In this document: positions 45,525 through 55,348 of the stretch, one piece after another
How the letters are laid out: every line of letters begins with the position of its first letter
Numbering within the stretch: the first letter of the stretch is position 1
From: a bacterium
GTDB taxonomy: Bacteria > Patescibacteriota > Minisyncoccia > JAUYLV01
Direction of reading: 5' to 3'
DNA length: 58,651 nt
Assembly (NCBI GenBank): GCA_030649025.1
Contig: JAUSGO010000002.1
Location: forward strand, 1-58,651
The notes under the pieces: model-generated
Databases searched by the model: none
What the model saw: only the letters and a program-made list of their open reading frames with translations
What the model was told of the DNA's origin: nothing
Made by a program: the position numbers and the translations under genes

Positions 45525-45621
45525 CCTAATTTCTAATTATCCTAAGTGCTCTAAACAAATCCCAAAGCCCCAATTCCCAAATTGTTTAGGTCAATTAGGT
45601 CAATTAGATCAATTAGAAACT
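45525..45621. repeat. composite junction palindrome (scpA-scpB spacer)
   Basis: Left cctaatt tctaatt words, inner stem ctaaacaa/ttgtttag, right tandem (g/a)tcaattag x3. Confidence 0.75.
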
Positions 45622-46194
45622 GTGTCCAAGTCATCTTCCATTATCGAATCCCTTCTTTTTATCGCAGGGGAGCCGGTAAAAATAAAAAAACTTGCGCGTG
45701 CATCCGGTGCCTCCGAGAGTGAGGCGCGCACTGCATTAGAGGAACTTGCCTCCGTACACGAAGATCGGCGTGGGCTTCGGGTTCTTATAAAAGATGACGA
45801 AGTGGAACTGGTTACCCATCCGGACAATGCCGGAATAGTTTCGGAATACCTTAAAAGCGGCATGGAAGAGGATCTGACCGATGCGACCTCGGAGACGCTC
45901 GCCATCGTGGCATATAAAGGCCCTATTGCGCGCGCGGCCATTGACGATATCCGCGGCGTAAATTCTCAATATACCCTTCGCACGCTTCTGGTCCGGGGAC
46001 TCGTGGAGCGTATTTTGCACCCCGAAGATGCCCGCACGTATCTCTACCGCATTTCACTTGATTTTCTTAAAAAACTCGGGTTGAAATCCGCACAAGACTT
46101 GCATGAATTTACTCCGCTTTCACAGGCAAAACTTACTCCACCAGAAGAAACAAACACAAAAACCGAGCCAGACGCGACAAAGCCAGAAATCTAG
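45622..46194 (+). CDS. scpB: segregation and condensation protein B
   Basis: IIESLLFIAGEPVKIKKLA... GTG start. Confidence 0.88.
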   Translation: MSKSSSIIESLLFIAGEPVKIKKLARASGASESEARTALEELASVHEDRRGLRVLIKDDEVELVTHPDNAGIVSEYLKSGMEEDLTDATSETLAIVAYKGPIARAAIDDIRGVNSQYTLRTLLVRGLVERILHPEDARTYLYRISLDFLKKLGLKSAQDLHEFTPLSQAKLTPPEETNTKTEPDATKPEI

Positions 46195-46276
46195 CTCTAA
46201 CTTGAAAGCCAAAACTCACAAATAAAAGTTCCGGAAAAAATTTAAAACGGTCTATACAAACGATTCTCTCTCCGCC

Positions 46277-47263
46277 ATGACCAGCCTTCTTACTTATATA
46301 CTCATTACGGTTTTGGGGCCTCTGGGTCTATTTGTTTTGCCATCGGGAAGCCCTGGAGTATCCCGCACGCTTGACACGGCTCAACAAAACGTCAATCTGG
46401 CCCTGCAGAAACTTCCGCTCTCCGCAGAGTTTTTGGCGTATCCTGCTCGTAATATTCCCGATACGCGGATATCCTCGGATTCTTTGCCATATCGTAAATG
46501 GGAAGTTTCTCCTCCCGATATGAACGCAAAATCCGCTGTTGTCGTTGGCGCAAAATCTGGCAAGATATTTTACGAACGCAATATGCGTCTGCGTCTGCCG
46601 ATCGCGAGCCTTACGAAATTGGCAACGGCGCTCTCCGTTATTGAAGAACTTTCTCTTAATGAGGAGGTGACCGTCTCGCGGCATGCGGTAAATACCGGAG
46701 GAGATTTCGGGAATTTGGTGGTCGGAGAAACGCTTACCGCGCACGATGTACTTCGGGCAATGCTGATTGCTTCTTCAAACGATGCCGCAGTTGCATTTGC
46801 GGAACATGTGTTGCGTACGCGGGGCAAGGCCCTTACAGAACTTATGAATGCGAAAACCCATGCTTTAGGACTTCTGCAGACACGGTTTTCATCCGTGAGC
46901 GGCCTTGAGGATAGGAATAACTATTCAACGGCAGAGGACCTTTCCAAGCTCCTTGGGACAGTGATGCATCAGAGCGCGCTGGCGGATATTTTAAAAACTG
47001 ACGCGGCAGACATTCATTCTACTGACGGTCGGTTCACGCATCGTCTTATAACATCCAATAAATTATTGGGACGTTTCGATGGGGTTGTTGCGGGAAAAAC
47101 CGGATACACCGAAGGAGCAGGAGGCTCGCTTGCGATTTTTGCGAAAAACGAAAAATCAGATGACGATTTTTTGGTGATAGTGCTGGGATCCGCAAATGAA
47201 GAGACAAGATTTGAGGATGCAAAAACACTAATCACGTGGGTGAATGAAGCGTACCAATGGTAA
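46277..47263 (+). CDS. D-alanyl-D-alanine carboxypeptidase (S11 serine peptidase)
   Basis: SxxK (ASLTK), SxN (SSND), and KTG (KTGYT) motifs. N-terminal TM. Confidence 0.85.
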   Translation: MTSLLTYILITVLGPLGLFVLPSGSPGVSRTLDTAQQNVNLALQKLPLSAEFLAYPARNIPDTRISSDSLPYRKWEVSPPDMNAKSAVVVGAKSGKIFYERNMRLRLPIASLTKLATALSVIEELSLNEEVTVSRHAVNTGGDFGNLVVGETLTAHDVLRAMLIASSNDAAVAFAEHVLRTRGKALTELMNAKTHALGLLQTRFSSVSGLEDRNNYSTAEDLSKLLGTVMHQSALADILKTDAADIHSTDGRFTHRLITSNKLLGRFDGVVAGKTGYTEGAGGSLAIFAKNEKSDDDFLVIVLGSANEETRFEDAKTLITWVNEAYQW

Positions 47264-47273
47264 AAGATGAATT

Positions 47274-48317
47274 ATGTTACCCGTCATCAAAATTCTTATT
47301 CTGGCGACTATCGCGTTTGGCGTAGCAATTATTTTTACACCGTTCTGGCTGAAGGTGCTCGTGCGATATAAGCTTGGCAAACAGATACGCACCGAAGGCG
47401 CGCCGATTTTTGCTTTGTTTCATGGGAAAAAAGCAGGCACGCCGACCATGGGAGGACTGCTTGTGTGGGTGACTGCTCTTGCGCTCATCGTGTTCTTCTG
47501 GATTATGAGCCGGTGGTTTTCCGATGCGTTTATATCGCGGCTCGACTTTCTCTCTCGTGGACAGACTCTCCTTCCGCTTGGCGCCATGGTCATTAGCGCG
47601 ATTATCGGTCTCGGGGATGATGTCCTTGGTATATTACGCATCGGCTCAAATGGAGGCGGATTCCGCATGCGGCATCGCGCCCTGCTCTATCTTCTTGTTG
47701 CGGTTGGAGGAGCATGGTGGTTTCATTACAAGCTTGATTGGGATACGCTGGTTGTTCCGTTTCTCGGGACGTTCCAGATCGGATGGTGGTATATTCCTGT
47801 TTTTGTATTTATTATTTTCGCGACGGCTTTTTCGGTCAACGAAGCGGACGGCCTTGACGGCCTTGCGGGGGGGCTTCTTTTGATCGCTTTTGCAACGCTA
47901 GGCGCGATATCTTATGCGCAGGACAGGTTTGATCTTGCGGCACTGTGCGGCGTGATCATGGGGGCGCTGCTTGCATTTTTGTGGTTCAACATCTATCCGG
48001 CAAAATTCTTCATGGGCGACACGGGTTCTATGGGGTTGGGCGTGACGCTTGGCGTTATAGCCATGCTTACAAATTCGGCACTGCTTCTTCCTCTCATTGC
48101 CTTCATACCGATGATCGAATCGCTATCCGTCATCCTGCAGATGCTTTCAAAAAAACTTCGCGGAAAAAAATTATTTCACTCAACGCCTCTGCACCATCAT
48201 TTTGAAGCTGTAGGTTGGCCGGAAACGCAGGTAACGATGCGCTTTTGGATTGTGGGCGGAGTTGCTGCGGGCCTAGGGCTCATTTTGTCGCTTCTCGGAA
48301 CCGAATTTGTATTTTAA
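47274..48317 (+). CDS. mraY: phospho-N-acetylmuramoyl-pentapeptide-transferase
   Basis: NEADGLDGLAGG, MGDTGSMGLG, and HHHFE motifs. Confidence 0.95.
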   Translation: MLPVIKILILATIAFGVAIIFTPFWLKVLVRYKLGKQIRTEGAPIFALFHGKKAGTPTMGGLLVWVTALALIVFFWIMSRWFSDAFISRLDFLSRGQTLLPLGAMVISAIIGLGDDVLGILRIGSNGGGFRMRHRALLYLLVAVGGAWWFHYKLDWDTLVVPFLGTFQIGWWYIPVFVFIIFATAFSVNEADGLDGLAGGLLLIAFATLGAISYAQDRFDLAALCGVIMGALLAFLWFNIYPAKFFMGDTGSMGLGVTLGVIAMLTNSALLLPLIAFIPMIESLSVILQMLSKKLRGKKLFHSTPLHHHFEAVGWPETQVTMRFWIVGGVAAGLGLILSLLGTEFVF

Positions 48318-48394
48318 TAACGCACAGGAGAATTGAATTAATTAAAAAAGCGGCATCATTGCCGCTAAAAGAGAAATTGTTTCCTGATAATACG

Positions 48395-48823
48395 CTATTT
48401 TTGCTGTAACGGCCAAAGTATGACCGGATCACCTTCCGCAATAGCTTTACGCCACCGATCCATTTCAGGGATATCGGAAGTCTCAATGATAACGCGAATC
48501 ATTCGGGGAGGGATAGTTCCGTAAAGGACTTCTCCTAAGACGTATGGTCCCGTACCGGGATCATTATTACTGGCGTCTCGAGACGATGAAACTACAGTGA
48601 TGTCCGCAAGGTCCGCGACATATACCGCACCGCGTTCGTTTCCGGAAAACCGGAGCTGAAGCAGCTGGCCGCCCTTACTAGAGTTGTAGATTTCTGCGAA
48701 AGTAATAATAAATAGCATCGGCGTGTTGGCAGGCGGGGGTTCCCGACGCCGACTCACTAAGGCGAAGGCTACAAGGCCGAAAATCAAGAACAGGACCAAG
48801 CCAATTGTACGCATCATGCCCAT
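48395..48823 (-). CDS. membrane-anchored hypothetical protein
   Basis: 142-aa ORF with an AGGAGGA RBS and an N-terminal TM. It interrupts mraY-murD on the opposite strand. Confidence 0.55.
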   Translation of the reverse strand: MGMMRTIGLVLFLIFGLVAFALVSRRREPPPANTPMLFIITFAEIYNSSKGGQLLQLRFSGNERGAVYVADLADITVVSSSRDASNNDPGTGPYVLGEVLYGTIPPRMIRVIIETSDIPEMDRWRKAIAEGDPVILWPLQQK

Positions 48824-48882
48824 TCCTCCTTTTTCAATGAACTATAATTGCTACCTGCGATACTATATGAGTAGGTACGTAT

Positions 48883-50277
48883 ATGCAAGTCCAGCACCCA
48901 AAATTTAATGGTAAAAAAATAACCGTGATGGGATTAGGACTTCATGGCGGAGGAGTCGGCACTGCGAAATTTCTTGTGCGGCAGGGCGCAAAGGTTACGG
49001 TAACCGATCTTAAAACCAAGAAAGAGCTTGCATCGTCTTTAAAAAAATTAAAGGGATTGCCGATTCGTTTTGTTTTGGGGAAACACGACTCCAGAGATTT
49101 TAAAAATGCCGATATGGTGGTGTATAACCCCGGCGTGCGGACAAAATTCCTGCGACTCGAAGATTCACCGCATTTGGCTACCGCGATGCGGCATCATGTT
49201 CCGCTTGAAACCGATATCGGAATTTTTTTTCAACTTGTTCCGAGAGACCAAATCATCGGTATTACAGGCTCAAAAGGAAAATCGACAACTGCGACCCTCA
49301 TAGCCCACATATTGAAACAGAAGTATCCGCACACGCTTCTTGCGGGCAACATCCGAACATCGGTTCTCGATATACTTCCCAAGATCAAGCCCAGCGTACC
49401 AATTATTCTGGAGCTTTCAAATTGGCAGCTTGAGGGACTTGCCGCAAATCACATAAGCCCTCACGTTGCGGTTGTAACGAATATATTACACGAACATCTC
49501 AATACCTATCGAAGCTTTCATGCGTATACAGAGGTAAAAAAGCACATCCTGCGCTTCCAGAAAAAAAATGACGTTGCAGTGCTTAACAAAGACCTAAAAA
49601 AGTTCAAAGAGTTCCAGGGGTCTTCTCGTAAAGCTCGACGCATATGGTTTTCCAAGCGCACAACCCCCGCACTCTACGCCGATGTTTTTAAATTGCCGGG
49701 ATTTCATAATCGCGCGAATCTTGCCTCGGCGCTTGTAGTTGCCAAAATTTACCGTGTCGGACCAAAGAAGATTCGAAGGGCGCTTGAGACCTTCCGGGGA
49801 TTGGAAGGAAGAATTGAAACTGTGAAGAAGGTCGGCGGGGTAACATTCGTCAATGATACGACTGCAACCATGCCGGACGCGGTTATTGCCGCACTTCGGA
49901 CCTTTCCGGACCCCAGAAACCTGATACTTATTGCCGGAGGCGTAGACAAGAAATTTAATTTTCGACCGCTGGGGGAGATTCTTAAAATCTGCTCCATAAA
50001 AGCCATTGTGTTCCTTCCGGGAACGGCAACCGTCAAGATGCTCTCGGTGGCAAAAAAATACGTGATACCGCAAACCAAAATTCGGGAAGCGGGCTCGATG
50101 AAAGAAGCCGTGAATATTGCATGGCGTTACGCCGAAAAAGGCGATACGATACTCTTATCCCCGGGTGCTGCAAGTTTTAATCTTTTCCAGAACGAATTTG
50201 ACAGAGGAGAACAGTTTGTGAGGGAAGTTAAGAAGCTGAAGCCAATTTATCAAATCCAAATGCCAAAATCCAAATGA
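48883..50277 (+). CDS. murD: UDP-N-acetylmuramoylalanine--D-glutamate ligase
   Basis: ITVMGLGLHGGG and GITGSKGKSTT. The last ~9 codons lie in the repeat arm. Confidence 0.92.
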   Translation: MQVQHPKFNGKKITVMGLGLHGGGVGTAKFLVRQGAKVTVTDLKTKKELASSLKKLKGLPIRFVLGKHDSRDFKNADMVVYNPGVRTKFLRLEDSPHLATAMRHHVPLETDIGIFFQLVPRDQIIGITGSKGKSTTATLIAHILKQKYPHTLLAGNIRTSVLDILPKIKPSVPIILELSNWQLEGLAANHISPHVAVVTNILHEHLNTYRSFHAYTEVKKHILRFQKKNDVAVLNKDLKKFKEFQGSSRKARRIWFSKRTTPALYADVFKLPGFHNRANLASALVVAKIYRVGPKKIRRALETFRGLEGRIETVKKVGGVTFVNDTTATMPDAVIAALRTFPDPRNLILIAGGVDKKFNFRPLGEILKICSIKAIVFLPGTATVKMLSVAKKYVIPQTKIREAGSMKEAVNIAWRYAEKGDTILLSPGAASFNLFQNEFDRGEQFVREVKKLKPIYQIQMPKSK

Positions 50278-50355
50278 CAAATCAATGACTAAAATCCAAA
50301 ATCCAAATTTTTGACATTTGGGCTTTGGGTTTGATTTGACATTTGAGCTTTGACA
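50251..50355. repeat. junction palindrome built from atccaaa / tttgg(g) and tgacaaa / tttgaca words (murD-ftsW)
   Basis: The left arm has (a)tccaaa x5. The central stem is ccaaat-ttttgac-atttgg. The right arm has tttggg/tttgaca words. Confidence 0.75.
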
Positions 50356-50367
50356 TTCTGGTTTTCA

Positions 50368-51465
50368 ATGCAGCGTCGTCCCGATTATGTGCTTATAACG
50401 CTCACCGCTTCACTTCTTGTTATGGGGCTTATTATTCTTTCCAGCGCCTCGGTAGCGATATCCCATAACCAGTACGGCTCCACGTCCAGACTCATCCTCA
50501 ACCAGCTGTTCCCCGGAGTAGTCGTTGGGTGTCTTGGATTTTTTTTCTCTTGGCGCATTGTTCCATATACATTTTGGAGAAAAGTTTCTTTGCCGCTGCT
50601 TCTTGGTACGCTTATTCTGCTTGGGGCGGTTTTTACGGATCAATTCGGGTTTAGCGCCGGCGGAGCAAGACGCTGGATCCATTTTAAATTCATATTCTTT
50701 CAGCCGTCCGAACTTGCCAAGCTTGCCATTATCGTGTATCTGGCTGCATTTTTTGCAAAGTTCAAGGATAATCTCGAAAATTTCTGGCAGACCGTATTCC
50801 CCTTCATGCTGGTATCGGCGGCAATCCTGGGATTTATTGCCCTGGAGCCCGATATCGGAACCCTCGGCGTCCTTACGATGATCATTGGGGCTCTCTTTTT
50901 TGTTGCGGGGGGCGCATGGAAATACATCAGCTATTTCATCGGAGGCGGCATAGCCCTTTTTTTTATACTGATTAAGACCACCCCGTACCGCTTCGATCGT
51001 TTTCTCGTTTTCTTGCATCCGGAACTTGATCCAAAAGGCATCGGCTATCAGATACAACAGGCGCTTCTTGCCATAGGTTCTGGAGGATTGTGGGGGCTGG
51101 GGCTTGGCGAAAGCCGTCAGAAATACAGCTTTCTTCCGGAATCCGTCGGTGATTCTATTTTTGCCATTGCCGCAGAAGAACTTGGGTTTATTGGCGCCAC
51201 AGTGCTTGTATTGCTTTTTATGTTTTTTGTCCTGCGGGCTTTTCGTATTGCCTATCGGGCTCCAGATCTTTTTGGCAGATATCTTGCAGTTGGTATTGCG
51301 TCATGGATAGCGTTCCAGGCTTTTATAAATATGTCCGCTATCACCGGACTCATACCCCTCACAGGTATTACGCTCCCTTTCGTGAGTTATGGAGGATCCT
51401 CTCTGGCGCTGGTGCTGACGAGTTGCGGAATTTTAGTTAATATATCGAAGTACGCTAAATCATGA
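50368..51465 (+). CDS. ftsW: peptidoglycan glycosyltransferase FtsW/RodA (SEDS family)
   Basis: Polytopic, with ..FQPSELAKL.. and ..LPESVGDSIFA..EELGFIG.. motifs. Start set to the ATG at 50368. Confidence 0.9.
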   Translation: MQRRPDYVLITLTASLLVMGLIILSSASVAISHNQYGSTSRLILNQLFPGVVVGCLGFFFSWRIVPYTFWRKVSLPLLLGTLILLGAVFTDQFGFSAGGARRWIHFKFIFFQPSELAKLAIIVYLAAFFAKFKDNLENFWQTVFPFMLVSAAILGFIALEPDIGTLGVLTMIIGALFFVAGGAWKYISYFIGGGIALFFILIKTTPYRFDRFLVFLHPELDPKGIGYQIQQALLAIGSGGLWGLGLGESRQKYSFLPESVGDSIFAIAAEELGFIGATVLVLLFMFFVLRAFRIAYRAPDLFGRYLAVGIASWIAFQAFINMSAITGLIPLTGITLPFVSYGGSSLALVLTSCGILVNISKYAKS

Positions 51466-51539
51466 AGCAAAAGACACATAACAAAAAGCAATAAGACCCT
51501 GTTATTGCTGTTTGCTATCTGTTATCTGCTGTCTGCAAG
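51466..51539. repeat. junction palindrome (ftsW-murG spacer)
   Basis: GCAATAA-gaccctg-TTATTGC with outer ataaca / tgttat words. Confidence 0.65.
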
Positions 51540-52658
51540 ATGCATATTTTACTGACTGGGGGCGGTTCCGGAGGACACCTCTTTCCTCTGATAGCTGTCG
51601 GGAGGCAACTAAAGAAACTTGGCCAAGACCAGAATATTGACGTGAAGCTCTATTATATGGGGCCTGACGACTTTGGGCGCGATTTTTTAGAATTGGAAAA
51701 TATAAAAGTGGTGAGAATTAGTGCGGCAAAATGGAGAAGGTACGCTTCGGCATATAATGTGCTGGATATTTTCAAGATTCCTTTCGGAGTGCTTAAAGCC
51801 TTCTGGAATCTTTTCTGGATTATGCCAGATCTTGTCTTTTCCAAGGGCGGATATGGTAGCTTGCCGGCGCTTTTTGTAAGCCGATTGTATCGTATTCCCG
51901 TCATGATCCATGAATCAGACAGTGTTCCGGGGATCGCGAACAAATATGCGGCGGGATTTGCCAAAAAAATCTTTACATCGTTCGATGCGGCGACTCAATC
52001 CTTTAAGAAGGAAAAAACAATTCAGACCGGCAACCCCGTCCGCGAGGAACTCTTCGGCTGTGCGCGGGAAGATTCCAGAGAAACGTTTAATGTGCGATTC
52101 CGGAAACCGCTTCTTTTGGTGCTCGGCGGCTCGCAAGGAGCTCAAAAAATAAATGATATTGTAGTGAATACGCTTCCGCATCTTCTTGAGCGCTACGAGA
52201 TTATCCATCAATGCGGTCTGGGGAATTTCGAAGAGATCAAGGAGCTTGCCGCGAAAGAATATAAATCCGAATTGTTGCAGGGGTATCATCCTTTCGGGCT
52301 TTTAAAAGAAGGGGAGCTTTGTGCGGCGTATGGCGCATGCGACCTTATCATCTCGCGCGCGGGTGCAAATAGCATTTACGAGATAGCCCGGACCGGAAAA
52401 CCGTCCATTATCATTCCTCTTTCAAGCTCCGCCGGCAACCATCAATTCGAAAACGCTCATGCCTATGCTAAACATGGAGCGTGTACGGTTCTTGACGAGC
52501 AGAATCTTGCGCCGAATCTATTTTTGGAGACTATCGCAAGCATCATGAACGATGAAGCAAAAATAGCCGCTATGTCCGCGGCGGCAAAGGAATTCTCGCG
52601 TCCGCGCGCAGCGCTCACCATAGCCGAGAACCTATTCGAATTTCTTCGTAGCAATTGA
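51540..52658 (+). CDS. murG: UDP-N-acetylglucosamine--N-acetylmuramyl-(pentapeptide) pyrophosphoryl-undecaprenol GlcNAc transferase
   Basis: ILLTGGGSGGHLFP.., IHESDSVPG, GGSQGA. Confidence 0.93.
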   Translation: MHILLTGGGSGGHLFPLIAVGRQLKKLGQDQNIDVKLYYMGPDDFGRDFLELENIKVVRISAAKWRRYASAYNVLDIFKIPFGVLKAFWNLFWIMPDLVFSKGGYGSLPALFVSRLYRIPVMIHESDSVPGIANKYAAGFAKKIFTSFDAATQSFKKEKTIQTGNPVREELFGCAREDSRETFNVRFRKPLLLVLGGSQGAQKINDIVVNTLPHLLERYEIIHQCGLGNFEEIKELAAKEYKSELLQGYHPFGLLKEGELCAAYGACDLIISRAGANSIYEIARTGKPSIIIPLSSSAGNHQFENAHAYAKHGACTVLDEQNLAPNLFLETIASIMNDEAKIAAMSAAAKEFSRPRAALTIAENLFEFLRSN

Positions 52659-52681
52659 TTTGTATTATATGATTAGCCACC

Positions 52682-54178
52682 ATGATGTCCGAAATTTCTA
52701 GAGAAAAAAATATAAGGGTTCGCATTGCCCCTTCTCCGACGGGGAAACTGCATATTGGGACGGCGCGAACCGCGTTATTTAACTATCTTTTCGCGAAACG
52801 CACCAAAAACGGTAAGTTTATTTTACGTATTGAAGATACGGATTTGGAGCGTTCTGATCCTGCGTTTGAAAAAGATATTTTAGAAAATTTACGATGGCTG
52901 GGAATTATATGGGACGAAGGTCCGGATATCGGGGGACCGCACGCTCCATATCGGCAATCGGAACGTACTGTGTCATATCGAAAATATTTGCAGAAATTGT
53001 TGGATGAAGATAGGGCATATTGGTGTTTTTGCAGTGAGGAGGAATTAAAAAGTGAACGGGAAAGGGCGCGAGAAGAAGGAGGGGCACCGCGCTATTCGGG
53101 AAAGTGTAGAGCGATCCCTCTCGGAGATGCGGCAAAAAGGATTGAATCGGGAGAGAGGGCAATCATACGTTTTAAGACGCCGCCAAACAAAAAAATTGCG
53201 TTTGAGGATATCATAAGGGATAAAGTTGAATTCGACACTGCGAACATGGACGATTTTTCCATCGGAAAGGCCGTTGATGTCCCGCTCTATAATTTTGCGG
53301 TTGTTATTGATGACTTTGAAATGGAAATATCGCATGTCATACGCGGGGAGGACCACATTTCAAATACCCCAAAGCAGATCTTGCTTATTGAGGCGCTTGG
53401 ATTCCCTACCGTGCAGTATGCCCATCTGCCGCTCATTTTAGGGCCGGACAGGTCAAAAATGTCAAAACGCCATGGAGGGGTTTTGGTAGCGGAGTATCGC
53501 GAACAAGGGTATCTGCCCGAAGCTATGTTCAACTTTATGGCAATGCTTGGCTGGAACCCGAACACCAATGAGGAAAATCTTTCGCAAAAGGAGCTCATTG
53601 ACAAATTCTCCTTGGGAGATGTGCAAAAAGCCGGCGCAATATTCAATCAGGAAAAGTTGGACTGGATGAATGGCAAGTACATACGCTTACTATTTGGAGA
53701 CAGGGGACCGCTTTTGGAAAAAGTTAGGCCCTATATCCAGAAAGCCGGGCACGGAAACGCATTTGAAGCATATGGTGAAGAGAGACAGCGCGGCATGCTT
53801 TTGCTAGCTAATGAGAGAATGAAAAAGTTGTCGGATATTGTTGAACTTTCCGATTTCTTTTTTGAAGAACCGGTTTTTGAAAAAGAACTTTTACGCTGGA
53901 AAACCATGAGCGATGCTGACATTGCGTCTTCCCTGGAGAAGACGGCTGGGTGGCTTGAGGAGATTCCTGAAAGAGATTTTTCTGGTAGTGGAGAGGCGCT
54001 GGATGTTCTACTGAAAGAAAAAACGAAAGACCTTAAAGACAAAGGTTCCATATTTTGGCCCTTGCGCGTTTCACTCACGGGGAAAAAGGCTTCTCCGCCG
54101 CCCGCGCCCATCATGGCGATTTTAGGAAAAGAAAAAACGCTGGAAAGATTGCGGGGCGTGATTGCAATATTTTCTTAA
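52682..54178 (+). CDS. gltX: glutamate--tRNA ligase
   Basis: RIAPSPTGKLHIGTARTALFNY (HIGH) and KMSKRHG (KMSKS). Confidence 0.95.
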   Translation: MMSEISREKNIRVRIAPSPTGKLHIGTARTALFNYLFAKRTKNGKFILRIEDTDLERSDPAFEKDILENLRWLGIIWDEGPDIGGPHAPYRQSERTVSYRKYLQKLLDEDRAYWCFCSEEELKSERERAREEGGAPRYSGKCRAIPLGDAAKRIESGERAIIRFKTPPNKKIAFEDIIRDKVEFDTANMDDFSIGKAVDVPLYNFAVVIDDFEMEISHVIRGEDHISNTPKQILLIEALGFPTVQYAHLPLILGPDRSKMSKRHGGVLVAEYREQGYLPEAMFNFMAMLGWNPNTNEENLSQKELIDKFSLGDVQKAGAIFNQEKLDWMNGKYIRLLFGDRGPLLEKVRPYIQKAGHGNAFEAYGEERQRGMLLLANERMKKLSDIVELSDFFFEEPVFEKELLRWKTMSDADIASSLEKTAGWLEEIPERDFSGSGEALDVLLKEKTKDLKDKGSIFWPLRVSLTGKKASPPPAPIMAILGKEKTLERLRGVIAIFS

Positions 54179-54398
54179 CGGCGAACATCCGAAAAGAATA
54201 TACGGGCAAAGTAGTTACATACTACATCGGTCCTGGTGCGGTTTTTTTATTAAGGAGTTTTGAATTGCCGTGTACGAACTTCCAGGGTTTAATCATGACT
54301 AATTTACTCATGATTAGGGCAGGAGGAGAAAAGACATAAGAAAACGGAAGGTTTACGCGTTTTTATCATGGACAATCTATGCTATACTATCCTTTGTT

Positions 54399-55331
54399 AT
54401 GCCATCACCGACTCCAAAAGTCTCCATCATTATTGTGAACTGGAACGGGTGGCAAGATACCATTGAGTGCCTTCGGTCGCTCGAAGAAGTGGAGTACAAA
54501 AATTTCTCCGTCACCGTTGTTGATAATGGTTCAGCGGATGAATCTTTGAAGAAATTTGGAGAATTACGGATTACGGATTACGGATTACGGATTATTCAAA
54601 ACGACGAAAACCTCGGATTTTCTGGCGGGAATAATGTAGGCATCAAGAAAGCGCTTGAGGATGGAGCAGATTACATTCTGCTGTTGAACAACGATACGCT
54701 CGTTGAGCCAGATTTTCTTGAAAAGCTCGTGGAAGTTGCCGAAAGCGATCCGCATATTGGCATAGTTGGCCCGAAAATATATTTTGCTAACACGGCAGGG
54801 GGTAACCGAATTTGGTTTGGAGGCGGAAAATTGAATTGGCTAAAAACCCGCGGCTCGCATACCGACTACGAAAAAATCGATGCATCCAATAAGCCATCAG
54901 CTATTAGTTATCAGCTATACGACGTCGATTATATCACCGGTTGCTGTTTGCTTATTAAGCGCGCAGTGATAGAGCGCATCGGACTTCTTTCGGAAGACTT
55001 TTTTTTATATTATGAAGATGTCGATTGGTGCCTAAAAGCTGGAAAGAAAGAGTTTCGCATCGTATACGCTCCTGCCGCATTTATCTGGCATAAAGTATCC
55101 CGGTCGGCAAAACCTGGAAGCGCATCATACGTTTACTACCATGTACGGAACGGCCTCATGCTTTCCTGGCGACACGGAAACACGTTGACGCGGCTTATCC
55201 TGCCACTTTTTATTCTTTGGACCTTGGTGAAGCAGGTTGCCAAGTTCACAATTCCATCCAAGCGTATGTGGGCCGGAGCCTGTTTTCACGGAATAATCGA
55301 TTTTTATCGAGGAAGGACGGGGAACCTTTAA
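54399..55331 (+). CDS. family 2 glycosyltransferase
   Basis: VSIIIVNWNG..VVDNGSADES..NLGFSGGNN..LLLNNDT. It contains an in-frame heptamer array. Confidence 0.88.
   Translation: MPSPTPKVSIIIVNWNGWQDTIECLRSLEEVEYKNFSVTVVDNGSADESLKKFGELRITDYGLRIIQNDENLGFSGGNNVGIKKALEDGADYILLLNNDTLVEPDFLEKLVEVAESDPHIGIVGPKIYFANTAGGNRIWFGGGKLNWLKTRGSHTDYEKIDASNKPSAISYQLYDVDYITGCCLLIKRAVIERIGLLSEDFFLYYEDVDWCLKAGKKEFRIVYAPAAFIWHKVSRSAKPGSASYVYYHVRNGLMLSWRHGNTLTRLILPLFILWTLVKQVAKFTIPSKRMWAGACFHGIIDFYRGRTGNL
54563..54594 (+). repeat. tandem heptanucleotide array (attacgg) x4.6 inside the GT2 gene
   Basis: Direct reading gives attacgg x4 followed by atta, encoding ..ELRITDYGLRII.. Confidence 0.95.
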
Positions 55332-55348
55332 ACTAAAAAAGAGCAGAA

